From Flavobacteriaceae bacterium (GTDB lineage Bacteria; Bacteroidota; Bacteroidia; Flavobacteriales; Flavobacteriaceae), in the NCBI GenBank assembly GCA_965657545.1, contig CBFHOG010000005.1, positions 6,628 through 70,627 on the forward strand: a DNA stretch of 64,000 nt. The letters run 5' to 3'. A model generated the notes under the pieces. It had not been told where the DNA came from. It did no database searches and saw only the letters and a program-made list of their open reading frames with translations. Positions 27,857 to 39,148 of this stretch are shown here, one piece after another. Every line of letters starts with the position of its first letter. Position 1 is the stretch's first letter. Position numbers and translations under genes: made by a program.

Positions 27857-28681
27857 ATGTCAGTTAGAAAACTCAAACCTATAACTCCTGGACAGCGCGG
27901 TAGAGTAGTAAATGGAAACGACGCCATTACTACTGATAAGCCGGAGAAAAGCTTGCTTGCTCCGAAAAAACGTTCAGGCGGTCGTAACAACAGCGGACGA
28001 ATGACGTCTCGCTATATTGGTGGTGGACACAAAAAACGCTACCGTATTATCGATTTTAAACGCAATCGTTTTGATGCTCCTGCAGAGGTTAAAACAATTG
28101 AGTACGATCCAAACCGTTCTGCTTTTATAGCACTTACACAGTTTGCCGATGGCGAAAAGCGTTATGTTATTGCACAGGCTGGACTCAAAGTAGGTCAAGA
28201 AATCGTTTCTGGTGATAAAGTGCAACCTGAAATTGGAAATGCGTTGCCTCTGGCATACATTCCATTGGGTACTATTATTTCATGTATTGAATTACACCCA
28301 GGACAAGGGGCCACTATTGCACGTAGTGCGGGTGCTTTTGCACAGCTTATGGCACGTGACGGCAAGTTTGCAACAATCAAATTACCATCTGGTGAAACAC
28401 GTATGATTTTAACAACATGTATGGCTACGATTGGTACCGTTTCAAACTCAGATCATCAATTGGTGGTTTCTGGTAAGGCAGGTCGCAGCCGTTGGTTAGG
28501 TCGTCGTCCAAGAACGCGTCCAGTAGTAATGAATCCTGTTGATCACCCCATGGGTGGTGGTGAAGGACGTGCTTCTGGTGGACATCCACGTTCACGCAAT
28601 GGTATTCCTGCTAAAGGCTACCGTACACGTAACAAAAACAAGGCGTCGAACAAGTACATTATTGAACGTAGAAAAAAATAA
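27857..28681 (+). CDS. rplB: 50S ribosomal protein L2
   Basis: L2 signature ...[15 protein letters not shown]...; 274 aa. Confidence 0.97.
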   Translation: MSVRKLKPITPGQRGRVVNGNDAITTDKPEKSLLAPKKRSGGRNNSGRMTSRYIGGGHKKRYRIIDFKRNRFDAPAEVKTIEYDPNRSAFIALTQFADGEKRYVIAQAGLKVGQEIVSGDKVQPEIGNALPLAYIPLGTIISCIELHPGQGATIARSAGAFAQLMARDGKFATIKLPSGETRMILTTCMATIGTVSNSDHQLVVSGKAGRSRWLGRRPRTRPVVMNPVDHPMGGGEGRASGGHPRSRNGIPAKGYRTRNKNKASNKYIIERRKK

Positions 28682-28684
28682 GCA

Positions 28685-28963
28685 ATGGCTAGATCACTAA
28701 AAAAAGGACCTTACGTACATCATAGCTTGGTAAAGAAAGTGCAAGCCAACGTTGAATCTGGCAAAAAGTCAGTCATCAAAACTTGGTCACGTGCTTCTAT
28801 GATTACCCCTGATTTTGTTGGACAAACAATAGCTGTACACAACGGTCGTCAGTTTGTTCCTGTATATGTAACCGAGAACATGGTAGGACATAAGTTGGGT
28901 GAATTTTCACCAACCCGTTCGTTCCGTGGTCACGCTGGAGCCAAAAACAAAGGAAAAAAATAA
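28685..28963 (+). CDS. rpsS: 30S ribosomal protein S19
   Basis: [11 protein letters not shown]...[26 protein letters not shown]. Confidence 0.96.
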   Translation: MARSLKKGPYVHHSLVKKVQANVESGKKSVIKTWSRASMITPDFVGQTIAVHNGRQFVPVYVTENMVGHKLGEFSPTRSFRGHAGAKNKGKK

Positions 28964-28966
28964 GCT

Positions 28967-29374
28967 ATGGGAGTTCGTAAAAGAGAAACTGCAGTACAGT
29001 TAAAAGAAAACCGAAAGCACATTGCTTTTGCTAAGCTAAACGATTGCCCAACTTCGCCACGTAAAATGCGCCTTATGGCAGATTTGATTCGCGGTGAAGG
29101 AGCTGAAAAGGCGTTGTCTATTTTGCGTTTTAGTGCAAAAGAATCATCACGTCGTTTAGAGAAATTATTATTGTCGGCTATTGCCAATTGGCAAGCTAAA
29201 AATGAAGACGCGGACGTTGAGAAAGCAGGTCTTTATGTAAAAGAAATCCGAGTGGATAGCGGTACCATGCTAAAGCGTTTACGCCCAGCACCACAAGGAA
29301 GAGGACATCGAATTAGAAAACGCTCAAATCACGTAACACTCGTGCTAGGGGCTAAAGATAACGCGCAAAGCTAA
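28967..29374 (+). CDS. rplV: 50S ribosomal protein L22
   Basis: Operon position; ...[14 protein letters not shown]... Confidence 0.93.
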   Translation: MGVRKRETAVQLKENRKHIAFAKLNDCPTSPRKMRLMADLIRGEGAEKALSILRFSAKESSRRLEKLLLSAIANWQAKNEDADVEKAGLYVKEIRVDSGTMLKRLRPAPQGRGHRIRKRSNHVTLVLGAKDNAQS

Positions 29375-29382
29375 CACTGAAT

Positions 29383-30102
29383 ATGGGACAAAAAACAAAT
29401 CCAATAGGCAATAGATTAGGAATCATCCGCGGATGGGAATCTAACTGGTACGGAGGTAACGACTACGGCGATAAACTTGCTGAAGATGATAAAATCCGTC
29501 GCTATATTCATGCACGTCTTGCAAAAGCAAGTGTTTCGCGTGTTATTATTGAGCGTACACTAAAGCTCGTCACTGTTACCATTACCACAGCACGTCCAGG
29601 AATTATCATTGGAAAAGGTGGTCAAGAAGTAGATAAACTAAAAGAAGAGCTTAAAAAAATCACAAGCAAAGAAGTTCAATTGAACATTTTTGAAATCAAG
29701 CGTCCAGAACTTGAAGCACAATTAGTTGGTGCAAGTGTTGCCCGTCAGATTGAAAGTCGAATTTCATATCGGCGTGCGATTAAAATGGCGATTGCTGCTG
29801 CAATGCGTATGAATGCAGAGGGAATTAAAATTCAAATTTCAGGTCGTTTGAATGGTGCTGAAATGGCACGTTCAGAAAGCTACAAAGATGGTCGTATTCC
29901 ACTATCTACATTCCGTGCAGATATTGATTACGCGCTTGTTGAAGCACATACTACTTATGGCCGTTTGGGCATTAAAGTATGGATTATGAAAGGTGAAGTA
30001 TATGGTAAACGTGAGCTTTCACCACTTGTGGGAATGAGCTTAGGAGCTGCCAAAGGAAAAAACGAAAAACGCGGTGGACGTGGTCCTCGTCGTAGAAAAT
30101 AA
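29383..30102 (+). CDS. rpsC: 30S ribosomal protein S3
   Basis: [14 protein letters not shown]... with a KH-domain-like GIIIGKGG. Confidence 0.96.
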   Translation: MGQKTNPIGNRLGIIRGWESNWYGGNDYGDKLAEDDKIRRYIHARLAKASVSRVIIERTLKLVTVTITTARPGIIIGKGGQEVDKLKEELKKITSKEVQLNIFEIKRPELEAQLVGASVARQIESRISYRRAIKMAIAAAMRMNAEGIKIQISGRLNGAEMARSESYKDGRIPLSTFRADIDYALVEAHTTYGRLGIKVWIMKGEVYGKRELSPLVGMSLGAAKGKNEKRGGRGPRRRK

Positions 30103-30112
30103 AGTTTAGGTC

Positions 30113-30532
30113 ATGTTACAACCGAAAAGAACAAAACACCGTAAAATGCAGAAAGGCCGTATGAAAGGCCTATCGCAACGCGGACATGAATTATCTAATG
30201 GAATGTTTGGTATCAAGGCACTTGATTCCAAGTTTATCACTTCACGTCAGATAGAAGCTGCGCGTATTGCTGCCACGCGATATATGAAACGTGAAGGGCA
30301 GTTGTGGATTAAGATCTTCCCAGACAAACCCATTACTAAAAAACCGCTTGAGGTTCGTATGGGTAAAGGTAAGGGTGCATTGGATCATTATGTAGCCGTA
30401 GTTAAGCCAGGACGTATTCTGTTTGAGATTTCAGGCGTACCAATGGATGTTGCTAAAGAAGCATTGCGATTAGCAGCCCAAAAACTACCAGTTAAAACAA
30501 AATTTATTATCGCTCGTGATTTCGAAGCATAA
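30113..30532 (+). CDS. rplP: 50S ribosomal protein L16
   Basis: [11 protein letters not shown]...RMGKGKG... Confidence 0.96.
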   Translation: MLQPKRTKHRKMQKGRMKGLSQRGHELSNGMFGIKALDSKFITSRQIEAARIAATRYMKREGQLWIKIFPDKPITKKPLEVRMGKGKGALDHYVAVVKPGRILFEISGVPMDVAKEALRLAAQKLPVKTKFIIARDFEA

Positions 30533-30541
30533 GCATTAGGT

Positions 30542-30739
30542 ATGAAACAGACAGAGATTAATGAATTATCGGTAGAAGAGCTTAATGAAAAGCTTACAGC
30601 ATTTCAAAAAAGCTATGAAACTGCACGTGCAACACACGCGCTATCTCCCCTAGAGAATCCCATTTCTTTACGTGAGCAGCGTAGAACCATTGCACGTATT
30701 AAAACGGCATTAACAAAACGAAATTTAGAACAAGCGTAA
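30542..30739 (+). CDS. rpmC: 50S ribosomal protein L29
   Basis: A 65-aa protein in the conserved operon position between L16 and S17. Confidence 0.88.
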   Translation: MKQTEINELSVEELNEKLTAFQKSYETARATHALSPLENPISLREQRRTIARIKTALTKRNLEQA

Positions 30740-30740
30740 T

Positions 30741-30998
30741 ATGGAAACTAGAAATTTACGTAAAGAGCGCATCGGCGTTGTGACAAGCAACAAAATGCAA
30801 AAATCTATTGTAGTATCCGAAGTAAAACGCGTGAAGCATCCTATGTATGGAAAGTTCGTTTTGAAAACGAAAAAGTATGTAGCCCACGACGAAACTAACG
30901 ATTGCAATATCGGAGATACAGTGAAAATCATGGAAACACGCCCTTTGAGTGCATCAAAATGCTGGCGTTTGGTTGAAATTATTGAAAGAGCAAAGTAA
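30741..30998 (+). CDS. rpsQ: 30S ribosomal protein S17
   Basis: An 85-aa protein with ...[10 protein letters not shown]...GD.V.I.E.RPLS..K.W.L in the expected operon position. Confidence 0.92.
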   Translation: METRNLRKERIGVVTSNKMQKSIVVSEVKRVKHPMYGKFVLKTKKYVAHDETNDCNIGDTVKIMETRPLSASKCWRLVEIIERAK

Positions 30999-31366
30999 TG
31001 TTACAACAAGAATCAAGACTTAGAGTTGCCGACAACACCGGTGCCAAAGAAGTACTGACCATTCGCGTTTTGGGTGGTACGAAACGTAGATATGCTTCCA
31101 TTGGTGATAAAATTGTCGTTACCGTAAAAGAAGCTACGCCAAACGGGTCAGTAAAAAAAGGACAAGTATCCACTGCAGTTGTAGTGCGTACAAAAAAAGA
31201 AATTCGTCGTCCTGATGGATCATATATCCGCTTTGACGAGAATGCTTGTGTGCTTTTAGATGCTCAAGGCGAAATGCGCGGAACACGTGTATTTGGTCCT
31301 GTGGCACGTGAGCTGCGAGACCGTAAGTTTATGAAAATAATTTCCTTAGCTCCTGAAGTACTATAA
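30998..31366 (+). CDS. rplN: 50S ribosomal protein L14
   Basis: [18 protein letters not shown]...; 122 aa. Confidence 0.97.
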   Translation: MLQQESRLRVADNTGAKEVLTIRVLGGTKRRYASIGDKIVVTVKEATPNGSVKKGQVSTAVVVRTKKEIRRPDGSYIRFDENACVLLDAQGEMRGTRVFGPVARELRDRKFMKIISLAPEVL

Positions 31367-31368
31367 TT

Positions 31369-31680
31369 ATGAGTAAAATAAAATTTAAATCTGGAGATAA
31401 AGTACGTGTGATTGCTGGCGATCACAAGGGTACAGAAGGTGAAATTGTTTCACTTCTTCGCGAAAAAAACAAAGCAATTGTTTCAGGTGTTAATGTGGTT
31501 AAACGCCACACCAAGCCAAATGCAGAAAATCCGCAAGGAGGCATTGTGGAAAAAGAAGCACCTATTGCTATTTCAAACCTTTCATTAATTACTGCTGACG
31601 GGAAAACAACTCGTGTTGGCTATCGTATGGAAGACGGAAAAAAAGTACGAGTGGCACGTAAAACTAATGAAGCTATTTAA
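31369..31680 (+). CDS. rplX: 50S ribosomal protein L24
   Basis: KOW-like [20 protein letters not shown] in the expected operon position. Confidence 0.93.
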   Translation: MSKIKFKSGDKVRVIAGDHKGTEGEIVSLLREKNKAIVSGVNVVKRHTKPNAENPQGGIVEKEAPIAISNLSLITADGKTTRVGYRMEDGKKVRVARKTNEAI

Positions 31681-31681
31681 G

Positions 31682-32233
31682 ATGAGTTATCAACCAAGAC
31701 TTAAAACCGAATACAAAGAGCGAGTAACTTCTCGTCTTTCTGAAGAGTTTGGCTATAAAAATGTAATGCAAGTGCCAAAACTTGAAAAAATTGTACTGAG
31801 CCGTGGCGTTGGTGCTGCTGTTGCTGACAAAAAATTAGTAGATCATGCAGTTGAAGAATTGACCATGATTACAGGCCAAAAAGCGTTGGCAACACTTTCC
31901 AAAAAAGATGTTGCTACATTTAAACTTCGTAAAGGCATGCCGATTGGCGCAAAAGTAACCTTACGTGGCGATAAAATGTATGAGTTTTTTGATAGACTGG
32001 TTACAGCTGCTCTTCCACGTGTTCGTGATTTTCAGGGAGTAAAAGCAGATGGATTTGATGGACGTGGAAATTACAATCTAGGGATTCAAGAACAAATTAT
32101 TTTCCCTGAAATTGATATAGACAAAGTGCACAAAATATCCGGAATGGATATCACATTTGTTACTTCAGCGAATACAGATAAAGAAGCAAAATCATTGTTG
32201 AACGAATTGGGTATGCCCTTTAAGAAAAACTAG
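31682..32233 (+). CDS. rplE: 50S ribosomal protein L5
   Basis: Start trimmed to the ATG at 31682 ([15 protein letters not shown]...), directly after the rplX stop. L5-like ...[18 protein letters not shown]... Confidence 0.95.
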   Translation: MSYQPRLKTEYKERVTSRLSEEFGYKNVMQVPKLEKIVLSRGVGAAVADKKLVDHAVEELTMITGQKALATLSKKDVATFKLRKGMPIGAKVTLRGDKMYEFFDRLVTAALPRVRDFQGVKADGFDGRGNYNLGIQEQIIFPEIDIDKVHKISGMDITFVTSANTDKEAKSLLNELGMPFKKN

Positions 32234-32234
32234 T

Positions 32235-32504
32235 ATGGCAAAAGAATCAATGAAGGCCCGTGAGGTCAAAAGAGCAAAACTTGTTGCTAAGTACGCCGAC
32301 AAACGTGCTGCCTTAAAAGCAGCGGGTGATTACGAGGCATTGCAAAAATTACCTAAAAATGCATCCCCCGTACGTGGGCACAACCGTTGTAAACTTACAG
32401 GTCGTCCAAAAGGGTATATGCGTCAGTTTGGAGTTTCGCGTGTAATGTTCCGTGAAATGGCAAACAAAGGATTAATCCCTGGAGTTAAAAAAGCCAGCTG
32501 GTAA
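32235..32504 (+). CDS. rpsN: 30S ribosomal protein S14 (long, Cys-poor form)
   Basis: An 89-aa protein, ...[24 protein letters not shown]...KASW, without the CxxC pairs of the zinc-ribbon short form. Confidence 0.94.
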   Translation: MAKESMKAREVKRAKLVAKYADKRAALKAAGDYEALQKLPKNASPVRGHNRCKLTGRPKGYMRQFGVSRVMFREMANKGLIPGVKKASW

Positions 32505-32515
32505 AATAAAATATT

Positions 32516-32914
32516 ATGAATACAGATCCAATTGCAGATTATCTTACGCGCATTCGTAACGCAAATAGCGCAGGACACCGTGTGGTTTCAGTTCCTGCTT
32601 CTAACCTGAAGCTTGAAATTACAAAAATCTTATTTGACCAAGGATATATCCTCAGTTATAAAAAAGAAGATGATACGGTTCAAGGCAGTATTAAAATTGC
32701 GTTGAAGTATGACCGCCTTACAAAAGAGCCTGTCATCAAAAAATTAGTACGTATCAGCACGCCAGGATTACGTAAGTATGTTGCAACCAATGAAGTGCCA
32801 CGTGTACTTAACGGGTTGGGAACAGCAATCGTTTCTACGTCTCACGGCGTAATGACGGGTAAACAAGCAAAAAAAGAAAATGTTGGTGGAGAGGTACTTT
32901 GTTACGTTCACTAA
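32516..32914 (+). CDS. rpsH: 30S ribosomal protein S8
   Basis: DPIADYLTRIRNA...; 132 aa. Confidence 0.96.
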   Translation: MNTDPIADYLTRIRNANSAGHRVVSVPASNLKLEITKILFDQGYILSYKKEDDTVQGSIKIALKYDRLTKEPVIKKLVRISTPGLRKYVATNEVPRVLNGLGTAIVSTSHGVMTGKQAKKENVGGEVLCYVH

Positions 32915-32932
32915 ACCTTAAAGAATCGAATT

Positions 32933-33475
32933 ATGTCACGAATTGGTAATAATCCTATAGCACTTCCAGACGGCGTCACGGTTGACATTCAACCCGATGT
33001 GATTACCGTAAAAGGAAAATTAGGCGAACTTTCACAGCCTTATGACTCTGTGAGTATTGCTCATGAAGATGGTCAGTTGATTGTGTCACGTCCTTCTGAT
33101 AGCAAATCACACAAAGCAAAGCACGGTTTGTACCGTTCGCTAATTTCTAATATGGTTCAGGGTGTTTCTGCTGGATTTACAAAAGAATTAGAATTGGTAG
33201 GAGTAGGATACCGCGCTTCAAATCAAGGTCAGAAATTAGATCTTGCACTTGGTTTTTCACACAATATTGTGTTTGAATTGCCGAGTGAAGTTAAATTGGA
33301 AACGGTTTCTGAAAAAGGTAAAAATCCAATTATCAAATTAAGCTCTTATGACAACCAATTGGTGGGTTCTATTGCAGCGAAAATTCGTTCGTTCCGCAAG
33401 CCAGAACCTTACAAAGGAAAAGGAGTGAAGTTTGTAGGAGAAGAAATTAGAAGAAAAGCAGGTAAATCTGCATAA
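32933..33475 (+). CDS. rplF: 50S ribosomal protein L6
   Basis: MSRIGNNPIALPDGV... with a C-terminal ...EPYKGKGV. Confidence 0.95.
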   Translation: MSRIGNNPIALPDGVTVDIQPDVITVKGKLGELSQPYDSVSIAHEDGQLIVSRPSDSKSHKAKHGLYRSLISNMVQGVSAGFTKELELVGVGYRASNQGQKLDLALGFSHNIVFELPSEVKLETVSEKGKNPIIKLSSYDNQLVGSIAAKIRSFRKPEPYKGKGVKFVGEEIRRKAGKSA

Positions 33476-33486
33476 CAAGTAGGGAT

Positions 33487-33843
33487 ATGAAAATGAATAA
33501 AACCCAACGAAGACAACGCATTCAAAAGCGCTACCGCGACACAGTGCTCGGTAATGCTGATATGCCTCGCATGTCTATTTTTAGAAGTAATAAAGAAATT
33601 TATGCTCAGATTGTGAACGATGAAACAGGTGTTACACTTGCTTCAGTTTCTTCTAGAGACAAAGCGTTTGCTGAGCACAGCGGAACAAAATCAGAGCTTG
33701 CCCAAAAAGTAGGGAAAGCGATTGGAGAAAAAGCAGTTGCCGCAGGCATTTCTGCGATTCGTTTTGACCGCGGAGGATATTTGTATCACGGACGTGTAAA
33801 ATCACTTGCTGACGGCGCACGCGAAGCAGGACTAAACTTTTAA
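33487..33843 (+). CDS. rplR: 50S ribosomal protein L18
   Basis: ...[17 protein letters not shown]...[24 protein letters not shown]. The start could be 33493. Confidence 0.94.
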   Translation: MKMNKTQRRQRIQKRYRDTVLGNADMPRMSIFRSNKEIYAQIVNDETGVTLASVSSRDKAFAEHSGTKSELAQKVGKAIGEKAVAAGISAIRFDRGGYLYHGRVKSLADGAREAGLNF

Positions 33844-33845
33844 GT

Positions 33846-34370
33846 ATGTATCAAGATTATAAAAATGTAGAATTTGTAAAACCTGGTGGTCTTGACCTTA
33901 AAGATCGTTTGGTTGGTGTTCAACGTGTAACCAAAGTAACTAAAGGTGGACGTGCTTTTGGATTCTCTGCAATTGTTGTTGTAGGTGATGAAAATGGTGT
34001 TGTTGGTCAAGGACTTGGTAAATCAAAAGAAGTTGCAGAAGCAATTTCTAAAGCTGTTGAAGACGCCAAAAAGAATTTGGTTCGTATTCCTATTAATAAT
34101 GGAACTATTCCACACCAACAAAAAGGAAAGTATGGCGGAGCACGCGTTTATATTCAGCCTGCATCTGAGGGTACTGGAGTAATTGCTGGAGGTGCCGTTC
34201 GTGCGGTACTCGAGGCGGTAGGTGTTCACAACGTACTATCAAAATCTCAAGGTTCTTCTAACCCACACAACGTGGTAAAGGCAACCTTTGATGCATTGTT
34301 GCAACTACGTGACGCTAATACTGTTGCCAAGCAACGTGGAATTTCACTTGAAAAAGTTTTTAACGGATAA
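33846..34370 (+). CDS. rpsE: 30S ribosomal protein S5
   Basis: ...[24 protein letters not shown]...; 174 aa. Confidence 0.96.
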   Translation: MYQDYKNVEFVKPGGLDLKDRLVGVQRVTKVTKGGRAFGFSAIVVVGDENGVVGQGLGKSKEVAEAISKAVEDAKKNLVRIPINNGTIPHQQKGKYGGARVYIQPASEGTGVIAGGAVRAVLEAVGVHNVLSKSQGSSNPHNVVKATFDALLQLRDANTVAKQRGISLEKVFNG

Positions 34371-34374
34371 GAAC

Positions 34375-34554
34375 ATGGCAAAGATTAAAGTTACACAAGT
34401 AAAAAGTTACATCAAGCGTCCAGAAGATCAAAAACGTACGTTAGCAGCCCTTGGTTTGCACCGTATTGGTCAAGTTGCAGAGCACGATGACACTCCTGTA
34501 ATTCAAGGGATGATAAACAAAGTAAAACATTTGGTATCCGTTCAAAACGTATAA
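34375..34554 (+). CDS. rpmD: 50S ribosomal protein L30
   Basis: Start trimmed to the ATG at 34375 (MAKIKVTQVKSYIKRPEDQKRTLAALGL...); 59 aa. The longer ORF overlaps rpsE. Confidence 0.9.
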   Translation: MAKIKVTQVKSYIKRPEDQKRTLAALGLHRIGQVAEHDDTPVIQGMINKVKHLVSVQNV

Positions 34555-34555
34555 T

Positions 34556-35008
34556 ATGGAATTAGGAAACTTAAAGCCAGCAAAAGGCGCAGTAAAAGGC
34601 GGAAGCAAACGCCTAGGTAGAGGACAAGGTTCTGGAACTGGTGGCACGGCTTCTCGTGGTCACAAAGGAGCAAAATCTCGTTCTGGTTACTCTAAGAAAA
34701 TTGGTTTTGAAGGTGGACAAATGCCACTTCAACGCCGTGTTCCAAAATTTGGTTTCACCAACATCAACCGTAAAGAATATGCAGGTATCAACCTGGATAA
34801 AATTCAAGCACTCGTTGATGATAAGAAAATAAAGTCCTCTATTGATATTGAGACAATGATTGCTCTACGATTGGTTGGAAAAAACGATTTGGTTAAAATT
34901 TTAGGTCGTGGCGAATTAAAAACAAAATTAAAAGTTAGCGCCCACAAATTTACGGCATCAGCTAAAGCGGCTATTGAAGCTGCTGGTGGTGAGGCCATCA
35001 CACTGTAA
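34556..35008 (+). CDS. rplO: 50S ribosomal protein L15
   Basis: ...GRGQGSGTGGTASRGHKG...; 150 aa. Confidence 0.95.
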   Translation: MELGNLKPAKGAVKGGSKRLGRGQGSGTGGTASRGHKGAKSRSGYSKKIGFEGGQMPLQRRVPKFGFTNINRKEYAGINLDKIQALVDDKKIKSSIDIETMIALRLVGKNDLVKILGRGELKTKLKVSAHKFTASAKAAIEAAGGEAITL

Positions 35009-35011
35009 CGA

Positions 35012-36364
35012 ATGAAACGATTTTTAGAAGTCATATCGAGTATTTGGAAGATTGAGGAACTCAAAAACCGTATTGGGGTTACACTTGGTTTACTTGTCGT
35101 GTACCGTATTGGTGCTCAGGTAGTACTTCCAGGAATTGATCCCGTTCAGCTTTCTGAGCTATCTAGCCGAACTGGTGGTGGCGGATTGCTTGGCGTTTTG
35201 AACATGTTTACAGGAGGTGCATTTGCAAATGCTTCTGTATTCGCCTTAGGAATCATGCCTTACATCTCGGCTTCTATTGTGGTGCAGCTTATGGGAATTG
35301 CAATTCCTTATCTGCAAAAATTACAGAAAGAAGGAGAAAGTGGACGTCGTAGAATCAATCAGATTACACGTTGGCTTACTATCGCTATTTGTGTATTCCA
35401 AGCGCCAGCTTATTTGTACTCTTTAAGTGCATTAGGAGTTCCAGAGTCTGCATTTATACTTGGAAAAGGACTTGGGTTTATGGTTCCTTCTGTTATCATA
35501 CTTGTCACAGGAACTATTTTTGCAATGTGGCTAGGTGAAAAAATTACAGATAAGGGAATCGGAAACGGTATTTCTCTATTAATTACTGTCGGTATTGTGG
35601 CTACACTTCCCATGTCATTTGCACAAGAGTTTGTTTCTAGAGTTACAGAGAACAATGGAGGTCCAATTGTGATATTAATTGAAACGATAGTTTGGATTGG
35701 TATCAATGCCATTTGTATTTTGTTGGTTATGGCAGTTCGCCAAATTCCTGTACAATATGCACGTAGAACGGCATCTGGTGGTATTGATAAAAATCAAATT
35801 GGATCACGTCAATATATTCCACTTAAACTTAACGCATCAGGTGTAATGCCTATCATATTTGCTCAGGCACTTATGTTTGCCCCCGCAGCGCTTGGTCGTT
35901 TGGGAGGTGATAGCGAAGTAGGACAGTGGCTACAGGCTTCTTTCTCAGATATTTTTGGATTGTGGTATAATATATTATTTGCTGTACTCATTATTGTATT
36001 TACTTATTTCTATACGGCCATTACGGTCCCAACCAATAAGATGGCTGACGATTTAAAGCGAAGCGGTGGTTTTGTTCCAGGTGTTCGCCCGGGTACTGAA
36101 ACGGCTGATTTTCTAGACCGTATTATGTCGCAAATTACTTTCCCTGGTTCGCTGTTTTTAGCTGCTGTGGCGGTATTGCCAGCAGTAGTGTATCATCTTT
36201 TTGGCATGCAACAAGGCTGGGCATTGTTCTATGGAGGAACATCACTGCTTATTATGGTAGGTGTTGCGATAGACACGATTCAGCAAATCAATGCGTATTT
36301 GCTTAACCGTCATTATGACGGATTAATGAAAACAGGAAGTAAACGAAAAACTGCAGGAGTTTAA
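35012..36364 (+). CDS. secY: preprotein translocase subunit SecY
   Basis: A 450-aa polytopic protein with ...[17 protein letters not shown]... at the end of the spc block. Confidence 0.96.
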   Translation: MKRFLEVISSIWKIEELKNRIGVTLGLLVVYRIGAQVVLPGIDPVQLSELSSRTGGGGLLGVLNMFTGGAFANASVFALGIMPYISASIVVQLMGIAIPYLQKLQKEGESGRRRINQITRWLTIAICVFQAPAYLYSLSALGVPESAFILGKGLGFMVPSVIILVTGTIFAMWLGEKITDKGIGNGISLLITVGIVATLPMSFAQEFVSRVTENNGGPIVILIETIVWIGINAICILLVMAVRQIPVQYARRTASGGIDKNQIGSRQYIPLKLNASGVMPIIFAQALMFAPAALGRLGGDSEVGQWLQASFSDIFGLWYNILFAVLIIVFTYFYTAITVPTNKMADDLKRSGGFVPGVRPGTETADFLDRIMSQITFPGSLFLAAVAVLPAVVYHLFGMQQGWALFYGGTSLLIMVGVAIDTIQQINAYLLNRHYDGLMKTGSKRKTAGV

Positions 36365-36579
36365 TGGCAAAGCAAGCAGCAATAGAGCAAGACGGCCAAA
36401 TCATAGAGGCACTTTCAAACGCGATGTTTCGCGTAGAGTTAGAAAATGGTCACGTGGTTACGGCACATATTTCAGGCAAAATGCGCATGCATTATATTAA
36501 GCTATTACCTGGAGATAAAGTAAAACTGGAGATGTCTCCTTACGATTTGACTAAGGCACGCATCACCTACAGATATTAA
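36364..36579 (+). CDS. infA: translation initiation factor IF-1
   Basis: A 71-aa protein, ...[18 protein letters not shown]...I...GD.V..E.SPYDL.K.RI.YR. Its ATG overlaps the secY stop (TAATG). Confidence 0.96.
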   Translation: MAKQAAIEQDGQIIEALSNAMFRVELENGHVVTAHISGKMRMHYIKLLPGDKVKLEMSPYDLTKARITYRY

Positions 36580-36582
36580 TAT

Positions 36583-36699
36583 ATGAAAGTTAGAGCATCA
36601 CTTAAAAAAAGAAGCGCCGACTGCAAGATTGTACGTCGCAAGGGACGCTTATACGTAATCAACAAAAAGAACCCTAGGTTCAAACAAAGACAAGGATAA
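36583..36699 (+). CDS. rpmJ: 50S ribosomal protein L36 (single-Cys, YkgO-like zinc-independent form)
   Basis: Not in the ORF track (38 aa). I translated ATG 36583 to TAA 36697-36699 as [38 protein letters not shown]. Conserved position between infA and rpsM. Confidence 0.9.
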   Translation: MKVRASLKKRSADCKIVRRKGRLYVINKKNPRFKQRQG

Positions 36700-36701
36700 T
36701 T

Positions 36702-37076
36702 ATGGCTAGAATTTCTGGAGTAGATATTCCCAAACAAAAAAGAGGCGTTATTTCGCTCACCTATATTTATGGGGTTGGACGCAGCCGTGCTAAAGAAATT
36801 TTAGCAACCGCTGATGTTGATGAAAACAAAAAAGTCAATGAGTGGAACGATGACGAAATCGGTCGTATTCGTGATGCAGTTGCTACCTTCAAGATAGAAG
36901 GAGAACTTCGCTCAGAAACACAATTGAACATCAAGCGTTTGATGGATATTGGTTCGTTTAGAGGGATCCGTCACCGTGTTGGACTTCCACTTCGCGGACA
37001 ACGCACTAAAAACAATTCGCGTACGCGAAAAGGAAAACGTAAGACAGTTGCTAACAAGAAGAAAGTAACGAAATAA
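36702..37076 (+). CDS. rpsM: 30S ribosomal protein S13
   Basis: [10 protein letters not shown]...RGIRHR.GLP.RGQRTK.N.RT.KG. Confidence 0.96.
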   Translation: MARISGVDIPKQKRGVISLTYIYGVGRSRAKEILATADVDENKKVNEWNDDEIGRIRDAVATFKIEGELRSETQLNIKRLMDIGSFRGIRHRVGLPLRGQRTKNNSRTRKGKRKTVANKKKVTK

Positions 37077-37086
37077 AGCATAACTC

Positions 37087-37470
37087 ATGGCTAAATCAAG
37101 TTCAAAAAAGCGTAAAGTTGTGGTGGAAGCCTTTGGCGAAGCCCACATCAACGCATCGTTTAACAACATCATTGTTTCGCTTACCAACAACAAGGGTGAA
37201 GTGATTTCGTGGTCTTCAGCCGGAAAAATGGGCTTTAGAGGATCTAAGAAAAACACGCCTTATGCTGCACAACTTGCTGCAGAAGATGCTGCAAAAGTAG
37301 CCCAGGAAGCGGGACTGCGTAAAGTAAAAGTATTTGTGAAAGGACCCGGAAACGGACGTGAGTCTGCTATACGTACCCTACACAATGGTGGTATTGAAGT
37401 TACTGAAATTGTTGACGTAACGCCAATGCCACACAACGGTTGTCGTCCACCTAAAAGACGTAGAGTTTAA
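37087..37470 (+). CDS. rpsK: 30S ribosomal protein S11
   Basis: ...NN.IV..T...G.V..WSSAG..GF.GS.K.TP.AA...DVTP.PHNGCRP.K.RRV. Confidence 0.96.
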   Translation: MAKSSSKKRKVVVEAFGEAHINASFNNIIVSLTNNKGEVISWSSAGKMGFRGSKKNTPYAAQLAAEDAAKVAQEAGLRKVKVFVKGPGNGRESAIRTLHNGGIEVTEIVDVTPMPHNGCRPPKRRRV

Positions 37471-37525
37471 CATAAATCCCGCTGGCGAAGGATAGACCTT
37501 AATTCCCGGCACAAATTTTTATAAC

Positions 37526-38131
37526 ATGGCAAGATATACTGGTCCTAAGACAAAAATCGCTCGTAAGTTTGGCGAAGCCATTTTCGGCGATGATAAGTCT
37601 TTCGAAAAACGTAACTACCCTCCAGGACAGCACGGAAATAACCGTCGCAGACCTAAAAAATCGGAATATGCTATCCAGTTGATGGAAAAGCAAAAAGCAA
37701 AATTTACCTATGGTATCTTAGAGCGTCAATTCCGCAATCTATTTATTAAAGCAAACGCAAGTAAAGGCGTTACAGGTGAAGTTTTACTTCAACTTTGTGA
37801 ATCTCGCTTAGACAACCTTGTATATCGTCTTGGTATTGCACCAACACGTAGTGCAGCACGTCAACTTGTAGGACACCGTCACATCACACTTAATGGTGAA
37901 ATCATGAATATCCCTTCATGTCACGTAAAGCCAAATGATGTAATTGGTGTTCGTGAAAAATCTAAATCACTTGATGTGATTGAACGTTCGTTATCTGTAG
38001 CTAACCACGATTTAGAGTGGTTGTCGTGGAACGATACAACTTTAGAAGGCACATTGGTATCGGTTCCTACCCGTGAGCAAATTACTGAGAACATAAAGGA
38101 ACAATTAATCGTCGAATTGTATTCAAAATAA
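37526..38131 (+). CDS. rpsD: 30S ribosomal protein S4
   Basis: [11 protein letters not shown]... with the S4 RNA-binding domain ...RLDN.VYRLG.A.TR..ARQLV.H.HI..NG... Confidence 0.96.
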   Translation: MARYTGPKTKIARKFGEAIFGDDKSFEKRNYPPGQHGNNRRRPKKSEYAIQLMEKQKAKFTYGILERQFRNLFIKANASKGVTGEVLLQLCESRLDNLVYRLGIAPTRSAARQLVGHRHITLNGEIMNIPSCHVKPNDVIGVREKSKSLDVIERSLSVANHDLEWLSWNDTTLEGTLVSVPTREQITENIKEQLIVELYSK

Positions 38132-38135
38132 TCCT

Positions 38136-39128
38136 ATGGCACTATTTAATTTTCAAAAACCAGACAAGGTAATCATGATTGAATCGGATGAATTTGAAGG
38201 CATCTTCGAATTCCGTCCATTAGAACCTGGATATGGGCTAACAGTTGGTAATGCATTGCGTCGAGTAATGTTGGCTTCCTTAGAAGGATTTGCTATTACA
38301 TCTGTTCGTATAGATAAAGTTGACCACGAATTCTCTACGCTTCCGGGTGTGGTAGAAGATGTTACTGAAATGATTTTGAACTTTAAGCAAGTTCGATTTA
38401 AGCAACAAATTGACACTGTTGACAGTGAGACTGTTAGCGTTGCCGTTTCAGGACAAAAACAACTTACTGCCGGTGATTTGCAAAAGTTCACTTCTGGCTT
38501 TCAAGTACTAAATCCAGATTTTGTTATTTGTAATATGGACGAAAGTGTTCAGCTTAACTTTGAGTTTACCATCGAAAAGGGACGTGGTTATGTTCCCGCA
38601 GAGGAAAACAAAAAAGCAACAGCTCCTATTGGAACGATTGCCATTGACTCTATTTACACGCCAATCAAAAATGTTAAATATACGATTGAAAATTTCCGTG
38701 TAGAGCAAAAAACAGATTACGAAAAGCTAATTTTCGAAATTGTTACAGATGGTTCTATTCATCCAAAAGATGCATTAACTGAGGCTGCAAAAACACTCAT
38801 CCACCATTTTATGTTGTTCTCTGACGAGCGCATCACATTAGAGGCAGACGAGATTGCTGAAACTGAAACTTACGACGAAGAATCGCTACATATGCGTCAG
38901 TTGCTTAAGACTAAACTTATTGACATGGACTTATCTGTTCGTGCATTAAACTGTCTTAAGGCTGCCGAAGTTGATACACTTGGCGACTTGGTATCATTTA
39001 ACAAAAGCGATTTAATGAAGTTTAGAAACTTTGGTAAAAAATCACTTACGGAACTTGAAGAATTGGTTATTGCCAAAGGACTCAATTTTGGTATGGATTT
39101 GGCCAAATACAAACTTGATAAAGACTAA
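38136..39128 (+). CDS. rpoA: DNA-directed RNA polymerase alpha subunit
   Basis: A 330-aa protein with N-terminal ...F.PLE.GYG.T.GNALRR..L.S..G.A.T.V.I and C-terminal ...L.LSVR..NCLK.A....G.L... Confidence 0.96.
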   Translation: MALFNFQKPDKVIMIESDEFEGIFEFRPLEPGYGLTVGNALRRVMLASLEGFAITSVRIDKVDHEFSTLPGVVEDVTEMILNFKQVRFKQQIDTVDSETVSVAVSGQKQLTAGDLQKFTSGFQVLNPDFVICNMDESVQLNFEFTIEKGRGYVPAEENKKATAPIGTIAIDSIYTPIKNVKYTIENFRVEQKTDYEKLIFEIVTDGSIHPKDALTEAAKTLIHHFMLFSDERITLEADEIAETETYDEESLHMRQLLKTKLIDMDLSVRALNCLKAAEVDTLGDLVSFNKSDLMKFRNFGKKSLTELEELVIAKGLNFGMDLAKYKLDKD

Positions 39129-39148
39129 TTCCGCAATAGCTAGTAATC

